A stretch of 64,000 nucleotides of DNA from a virus: positions 6,511 through 70,510 of the IMG/VR virus record IMGVR_UViG_3300035698_026847, one strand, 5' to 3'. This document shows, piece by piece, positions 58,942 through 64,000 of this stretch (position 1 is the stretch's first letter; each line of letters starts with the position of its first letter). Below the pieces are notes generated by a model. That model was given only the letters and a program-made list of their open reading frames with translations, was not told the origin of the DNA and did not search any database. The position numbers and the translations under genes are program-made.

Positions 58942-60234
58942 ATGGCTAATAAAAAACAATCTAATCTAGAAAAAGTTGTTGATGGTTTTGATGGAGAAGA
59001 ATCTGCAGAAGATAATATGGAAGTTGAAGAAGATGATAAACAAAAGCAAGCAAAAGATATGATAGATAAAAAAAGAGCAGAAATTCAAAAGAAAAAGCAA
59101 GATGCAGACCGTAAGGCGGAAAAGGAAGCAAAAAAGGTAGAAGAAGAAACGAAAAAGACTTTAGATGTATTGAACAAGAAATATAAAACTGGTATCGTCA
59201 CGTTTGGATCAAGTAGTCTTGCAAATGTTGAGTGGTTAGATAGCGGGATAGAAGAGTTGAACGAGACGATCTCCGGGATTAAAGACGGTGGTTGGCCAAG
59301 AGGAAGAATGATTGAATTGTTTGGTCCGGAAAGTTCTGGGAAGACTGCAATGTTGTCGTGGGCCTATGCCTCTGCTCAGAAAAAAGGACTGAAGGTTCTA
59401 CATTATGATGCTGAAGGAACTTACAATAAAGAATTCGCCGCAATGAATGGTGTTGATGTTTCTAAGTTGCATTATTCAGAAGAAGATCGGTGTGAAAAGA
59501 TCTTTGAAGAAATAGAAGGATTCTGTTTGAATAATGAATATGATATTATTGGAGTCGATTCACTTGCTGCTTTAGTTCCAACTAGAATGGCGGAATCCGA
59601 AATGGGTAAACAAGATTATAGTCCATTGGCTGGAGCTATTTCAAGATGTATGCCGAAAGTAAGTAGTGCAATTAAGAGGAGTAAAACGGTTGTTATTTTC
59701 GTAAATCAGGTCAGAGATAATGTCGGTGTAAAGTATGGGGATGCAGAGAAAACCCCAGGTGGAAGAACATTAAAATTCTATGCTTCTCTTCGTATTGATG
59801 TTAGAAGGAAATCTTCCAAAAAAGGAGAGTTTCCATATTTATATGATGCGGATGGACGACCAATTGGTCATCGTATGAATGTCAAGATGGCGAAGAATAA
59901 GCTTTCTATTCCTTTCGGTCAGTGTATTATAGATCTCATGTACAAGAAGCCAAGTCCTATTATGCAGATTGTTTCAGAGGCAATTGAAACAGATGTGATA
60001 GAAAGACAGCGAAGGAAAGATGGGGTACTTTGGGGTAAGAAATTAACCTATATGGATCGTAATTTTGCTCCAAATTCAAAATACAGTGCAAGTGAAACTA
60101 TTTTCTGGCTAAAGGAAAACGGATTGCTCTGTAGTCTTTTGGCGGATATGGGCGTTGAAGATTTTGATGAGTTTATTGAAGCTGGAGATCTTTCAGAAGA
60201 CGATATAACAAGTTATTTGGTCTCGACAATATAA
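58942..60234 (+). CDS. recA: RecA recombinase with charged N-terminal extension
   Basis: GGWPRGRMIELFGPESSGKT, DAE, VDSLAAL, FVNQVR, TPGGRTLKFYASLR, KNK; start refined to 58942. Confidence 0.95.
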   Translation: MANKKQSNLEKVVDGFDGEESAEDNMEVEEDDKQKQAKDMIDKKRAEIQKKKQDADRKAEKEAKKVEEETKKTLDVLNKKYKTGIVTFGSSSLANVEWLDSGIEELNETISGIKDGGWPRGRMIELFGPESSGKTAMLSWAYASAQKKGLKVLHYDAEGTYNKEFAAMNGVDVSKLHYSEEDRCEKIFEEIEGFCLNNEYDIIGVDSLAALVPTRMAESEMGKQDYSPLAGAISRCMPKVSSAIKRSKTVVIFVNQVRDNVGVKYGDAEKTPGGRTLKFYASLRIDVRRKSSKKGEFPYLYDADGRPIGHRMNVKMAKNKLSIPFGQCIIDLMYKKPSPIMQIVSEAIETDVIERQRRKDGVLWGKKLTYMDRNFAPNSKYSASETIFWLKENGLLCSLLADMGVEDFDEFIEAGDLSEDDITSYLVSTI

Positions 60235-60278
60235 TTTCGCACCATGTACTATGTGGACTAAGAAAAGAAAAAGCTAAA

Positions 60279-61034
60279 ATGTCTCTCTATTTGAACGATA
60301 ACTTAAGTATAGAGTATGAGAAGGCATGTCGGTTCTTCCAAAGACAACTTTATGATGGTGATAAATCAAATGTCGCAACGGAGTATTTGGAGAAAAGGGG
60401 TATCAGTCGAGATGTTGCTGAAAAATTTTCTGTTGGTTGGTGCCCTTCAGATACAAAAATATGGAAGAAGTTAGAACAGTTGAAGGGAATGGTTATTTTC
60501 CCAATAAAAGACGAATATGGTGATATTTTGGCTTTCTCTGGAAGATCGCCAAATGATAAAAGTGAGATAAAAAGTGGAACAAAGAGATGGTGGAATGAGT
60601 CTTACAATAAATCGTTTTTCTTTTATGGTCTTGATGCGGCTCTGCCAAATATTCTTAAAAGAGATTATATGATAATAGTCGAAGGCCAGACGGATGTAAT
60701 ATCTTGTCATAAATTTGGTTTAGATTTTGCAGTAGGTTTAATGAGTAAAGATCTTTCAGAGATGCATATAGCTAAACTTTCTAGATTCACATTTAATATC
60801 ATTCTAATGTTAGATGGAGATAATGCCGGAAGGCAAGCTACAGAAAAGATAAAACAAACATTAAAGTTGCATCGTTTGCCGGGCCATGATTATAGAAAGG
60901 GGTATAATGTTATAGATATCAACATGAATGCGAAGGGCGTTTCGTATGATCCTGATGAGTTTTTAAGGAAATACGGTCCTCGTTCTTTGATTAAAGAAAT
61001 CGGAAGACAGAAAAAACTTATTGAAAGTCAATAG
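60279..61034 (+). CDS. DnaG primase catalytic core (TOPRIM) lacking the zinc-binding domain
   Basis: YLEKRGI, IFPI...AFSGR, VEGQTDV, LDGDNAG, DPDEF. Confidence 0.9.
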   Translation: MSLYLNDNLSIEYEKACRFFQRQLYDGDKSNVATEYLEKRGISRDVAEKFSVGWCPSDTKIWKKLEQLKGMVIFPIKDEYGDILAFSGRSPNDKSEIKSGTKRWWNESYNKSFFFYGLDAALPNILKRDYMIIVEGQTDVISCHKFGLDFAVGLMSKDLSEMHIAKLSRFTFNIILMLDGDNAGRQATEKIKQTLKLHRLPGHDYRKGYNVIDINMNAKGVSYDPDEFLRKYGPRSLIKEIGRQKKLIESQ

Positions 61035-61052
61035 AGAAGGGAGAACATATAA

Positions 61053-61907
61053 ATGAGTAGTAATATGGATGATTTGGTTAAAGGTGTTATGATGCATGAG
61101 GTTGCTATTCCTCATTATAATAGATATCTTGAAAAAAAGGGCATATCGAGCAGAGATAACAGAGGATATCTTCATTTTCATCCGTCTGCATTTGGTGATT
61201 GCATAAGAAAGATGGCCTTACAGTATCACTCGGAAACTAATGAAAAATTTAAAATTGAGCAACCAATTGATTTAAAATTTATGAGGATATGTGACGCTGG
61301 TCATGCGTTTCATTATCGTATGCAACAAGACATGTCGATTATGGGAATTCTCAGAGGACTTTGGCGATGTAGATCTTGTGGAAAAGTTAAAGGAAAAGAA
61401 GATAGGTTGGGAACATTTTTGCCAGATTCTTGCGAATGTCAAGAAAAATCAGATAAAAGGAGAGGTATTAAGCTTTTTGAATACGAAGAAATTTTTCTCA
61501 AAAGTGAACCTGAGTATAATTTTAAGGGTAATTGCGACGGTGTTATCGAGGTTGTTCCAGGAGACGAAACAACTAGGTATATTATAGATTTTAAATCTAT
61601 GAAATCTGAACGTTTTGCGTTCCTTAGAAAACCAGACGAAAAACATGTAGTACAGGTTATGATATACATGTGGCTTTCCGGAGTTGACAAGGCTATAATT
61701 TATTATGAAGATAAAAACGAACATGCAGTAAAAGAGTTTATAATACCTTATAATAGGAAATTGGTTGATAAAATTAAACTAAATTCAAAGAAGCTAAAAG
61801 TAGTTGTTGAAGCGGGAAAAGCTCCATCAATTCCGAAGAAATATTCAAAAACAAAAGCTCCATGTCGGTGGTGTGAGTATAAAGACTATTGCTTTTCGAA
61901 GAGGTAA
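61053..61907 (+). CDS. Cas4-like PD-(D/E)xK exonuclease
   Basis: HPSAFGDCIRK, G..FH, GNCDG, IDFKS, QVMIYM, CRWCEYKDYC Fe-S cysteines. Confidence 0.85.
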   Translation: MSSNMDDLVKGVMMHEVAIPHYNRYLEKKGISSRDNRGYLHFHPSAFGDCIRKMALQYHSETNEKFKIEQPIDLKFMRICDAGHAFHYRMQQDMSIMGILRGLWRCRSCGKVKGKEDRLGTFLPDSCECQEKSDKRRGIKLFEYEEIFLKSEPEYNFKGNCDGVIEVVPGDETTRYIIDFKSMKSERFAFLRKPDEKHVVQVMIYMWLSGVDKAIIYYEDKNEHAVKEFIIPYNRKLVDKIKLNSKKLKVVVEAGKAPSIPKKYSKTKAPCRWCEYKDYCFSKR

Positions 61908-61910
61908 AAA

Positions 61911-63203
61911 ATGCGTTTTGTAGAAGATTTCGATGTAATTAAGGTAAGTAAAAAAGAATCGTTATCCGGATTTTCAGATTTTCAATTGGTTAGACTTTTT
62001 CAGGACGATATTGACCAATATAGAAAGAAATGTTGGTGGGTATGTCCAGCGTGTGGATGTCGGATTAGATATATAGATTCTATGTTGTTGCGTGGGGAGT
62101 ATTATGTTCATGTGATGAGATGTCCGCAGGAAGTTAATAGGAAAAATAGTTCTGTTATTTCCGTTTGTTATAAGAATATGAATTTGGTTCATTCTTTAGG
62201 TTATAATTTAGATTCTGAATATTTCAATGAATTATTTGCGAGATATCAGGACAGATTGATTTTTGAAAGCAAGAAAAGCTGGGCTATTGATTCTCCAGAT
62301 GAAGTTTATTCGATACTGTCATCTTGTTTTACAAAGATAGTTGCTCAGTTTGCCAGGAAAAAAGAGTTTAAAAGCAGAACCGATAAATGGTTTTCAAGCT
62401 TTTTTTGGTCTTCGATTCAGAATAGGATTGCAGATCTTCAGAAAACTAGAAATTATCTCAAGAGAACCCCTCCGATTCAATGTCAGATTTCTGGAAAAAT
62501 TCTTGGTCAGATTACATCAAGACATCTCTATAAGGAAGCTCGTAAAGAGATTACCGATAAGATAGTAGAGAGAATGGGAAGAAGGATTTTGGAAGATTCT
62601 GGCGAGTTGTCATGTTGTTTTTCGATACCAGAATCTGATGAAAAAATAGAAAAAAGAAGTTTAATGATTGGATATAATAAATTTAATTCTTATTCCGAGA
62701 AAAGACGAAAAGAGATTTTTAATCTTGAATGCATAGAAATTTATATGAGTATGTTTCCTGGGTGTTTGATTAAAAACCATGTTCTCTCTATTCATCATCC
62801 GTTATCCTCTGATGATAATTCTGAAGTTGAGGCGGTTGCAAACATTGATGTTTTATCGTCTCCTAGCGATCCGATAGCCGATTTCGAAACTAGAGATTTG
62901 GTTAGTGCTTTATCCGATGTTGTTTTTGAAGAGATTGGTGATGAACCTGATTTGTTTAGCTCGGAAATTACAGATGATCAAAAGAGAGAAACTATATTAT
63001 TAATTATCGAAAAGAAAATATCGTATGATAATGAAGAAGATGATGATGGATTATATTGCAATATGGCTATAGATTTGGAATTGGAGAAGACAAAAGTCGG
63101 AGCAACTTCTTTCATTATCGATTTTATTAGAAAAAGTTTAAGGTGTAGAGAAATAATGGGATTAATATCTACCGAAGAATGTGCTAAAACTGGTGCAATA
63201 TAA
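61911..63203 (+). CDS. hypothetical protein with Zn motifs and sigma-region-2-like segment
   Basis: CPAC and CQISG...H motifs; FSSFFWSSIQNRIADL. Confidence 0.5.
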   Translation: MRFVEDFDVIKVSKKESLSGFSDFQLVRLFQDDIDQYRKKCWWVCPACGCRIRYIDSMLLRGEYYVHVMRCPQEVNRKNSSVISVCYKNMNLVHSLGYNLDSEYFNELFARYQDRLIFESKKSWAIDSPDEVYSILSSCFTKIVAQFARKKEFKSRTDKWFSSFFWSSIQNRIADLQKTRNYLKRTPPIQCQISGKILGQITSRHLYKEARKEITDKIVERMGRRILEDSGELSCCFSIPESDEKIEKRSLMIGYNKFNSYSEKRRKEIFNLECIEIYMSMFPGCLIKNHVLSIHHPLSSDDNSEVEAVANIDVLSSPSDPIADFETRDLVSALSDVVFEEIGDEPDLFSSEITDDQKRETILLIIEKKISYDNEEDDDGLYCNMAIDLELEKTKVGATSFIIDFIRKSLRCREIMGLISTEECAKTGAI

Positions 63204-63219
63204 AAAGGGGAAAGTTACT

Positions 63220-63552
63220 ATGACGAAGCAGAACGAAGATTCGATTGATGCAATGAATATTCAGGATGAGAAAACGAGAGTACCAGATCTGGCGGAATTA
63301 AGATCTAAATCGATTTCTAAATCAAAAGATATGTCTCACGCTATTATAGCTAAATTTAAAGAGCATGGATATGTTAAGATTAGAGCAATTGGTCCAGCAG
63401 CTATTGGGAAGGCGTATACCGCATTTACAATCGCAAGAAGTAAGTTTATACTAAACGATATTGAAGCGATCAGTTATGGATCTTTTTTTGATATTAAAAT
63501 GGAAAATGGAGAAGTTAAAACCGGAATCACATTGACAATCGAGGACAGATAA
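63220..63552 (+). CDS. spoVS: SpoVS family protein
   Basis: SKSKDMSHAIIA...VKIRAIGPAAIGKAYTAFTIAR...FFDI...GITL matches SpoVS. Confidence 0.8.
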   Translation: MTKQNEDSIDAMNIQDEKTRVPDLAELRSKSISKSKDMSHAIIAKFKEHGYVKIRAIGPAAIGKAYTAFTIARSKFILNDIEAISYGSFFDIKMENGEVKTGITLTIEDR

Positions 63553-63573
63553 GTTCTGAAAGGTCAAGATATC

Positions 63574-64000
63574 ATGATAGGTTATAAAGGAACAGGAAAA
63601 GGTAAATGTCTTCATCTCAAATATGAGGTTGGTAAAACATATGAACTTATAGAAGGTGAATTAAAAATATGCGAAACTGGATTTCATTTCTGTAATAATT
63701 TCAATGATATTCATTATTATTATCCTTTTTCAGATAGAGATATTATTATATTCGAAGCAGAAGTATTGGGAAAAGTAGAAGAGGAAGAAAACAAATCTGT
63801 CACAGATAAGATTAAGATAATTAGGGAGATTCCTAAATCAGAATATAACAAGCTGTCTGATAATAGATTTGAATACGACGAAAATGGGAATATGATAAAG
63901 TCTGAAGATTCAAATGGTTACTGGCAAAAATATAAATACGATGAAAAAGGAAATAAAATAAAGTCTGAAGATTCAAATGGTTACTGGAGAAAATTTGAAT
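63574..64000 (+). CDS. phage protein with YKG...YEVGKTY...GFHFC N-domain followed by YD-like repeats (truncated)
   Basis: Hand translation MIGYKGTGK...KYEVGKTYE...ICETGFHFC; repeats YDENGNMIKSEDSNGYW / YDEKGNKIKSEDSNGYW. Confidence 0.75.
   Translation, partial: MIGYKGTGKGKCLHLKYEVGKTYELIEGELKICETGFHFCNNFNDIHYYYPFSDRDIIIFEAEVLGKVEEEENKSVTDKIKIIREIPKSEYNKLSDNRFEYDENGNMIKSEDSNGYWQKYKYDEKGNKIKSEDSNGYWRKFE

Noticed and set aside
61053-61907. Cas4-like gene as evidence of a CRISPR-Cas system
   Set aside because: No cas1/cas2 and no repeat-spacer array seen; solo Cas4-like nucleases are common in phage recombination modules
306-62565. Numerous short antisense or nested ORFs in the track (e.g. 6422-7129 +, 13473-13838 +, 22493-23002 +, 55481-55804 -)
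   Set aside because: They are shadows of well-supported genes on the dominant strand, with biased F/S/I/L composition and no motifs
1-64000. Alternative genetic code (stop-codon recoding as in some jumbo phages)
   Set aside because: Conserved genes are full length and tightly packed under the standard code, and TAA, TAG and TGA all end genes at plausible positions
1-64000. tRNA or rRNA genes
   Set aside because: No cloverleaf or T-loop signature recognised by eye in the few intergenic gaps; tRNAscan/ARAGORN would be needed to exclude them fully

Overview
This AT-rich 64 kb window reads as part of a large (jumbo-type) tailed bacteriophage genome using the standard genetic code. All credible genes left of ~44.2 kb lie on the - strand and all to the right lie on the + strand. 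The switch point is a ~585 bp non-coding region with a perfect 57-bp inverted repeat built from GNA-triloop hairpins, a candidate bidirectional origin. The left arm carries a CCA-adding enzyme, a Ski2/Hel308-like helicase, a trypsin-like protease, the terminase large subunit, two sigma factors, a three-gene two-component module, a Holliday-junction resolvase, DnaN/HolA/DnaX, a folA-radical SAM-thyA-dNMP kinase-tmk cluster, a ClpA/C ATPase, NrdJ, DnaJ and a UvsW-like helicase. The right arm carries DnaC-like, DnaB, a primase split into two distant genes, ClpP, a fractured DnaE (split intein with a free-standing LAGLIDADG gene between the halves), a gp32-like SSB, TnpB, RecA, a Cas4-like nuclease and SpoVS. 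The most striking observations are (1) a helicase intein carrying five tandem C2H2-type zinc fingers fused to a Vsr/PD-(D/E)xK-like nuclease, (2) the trans-spliced DnaE, (3) the hairpin inverted-repeat origin candidate, and (4) two recurring promoter motifs plus a shared N-terminal W/L-Y-K-x-A/S motif. All calls come from motif reading by eye; no database searches were run.
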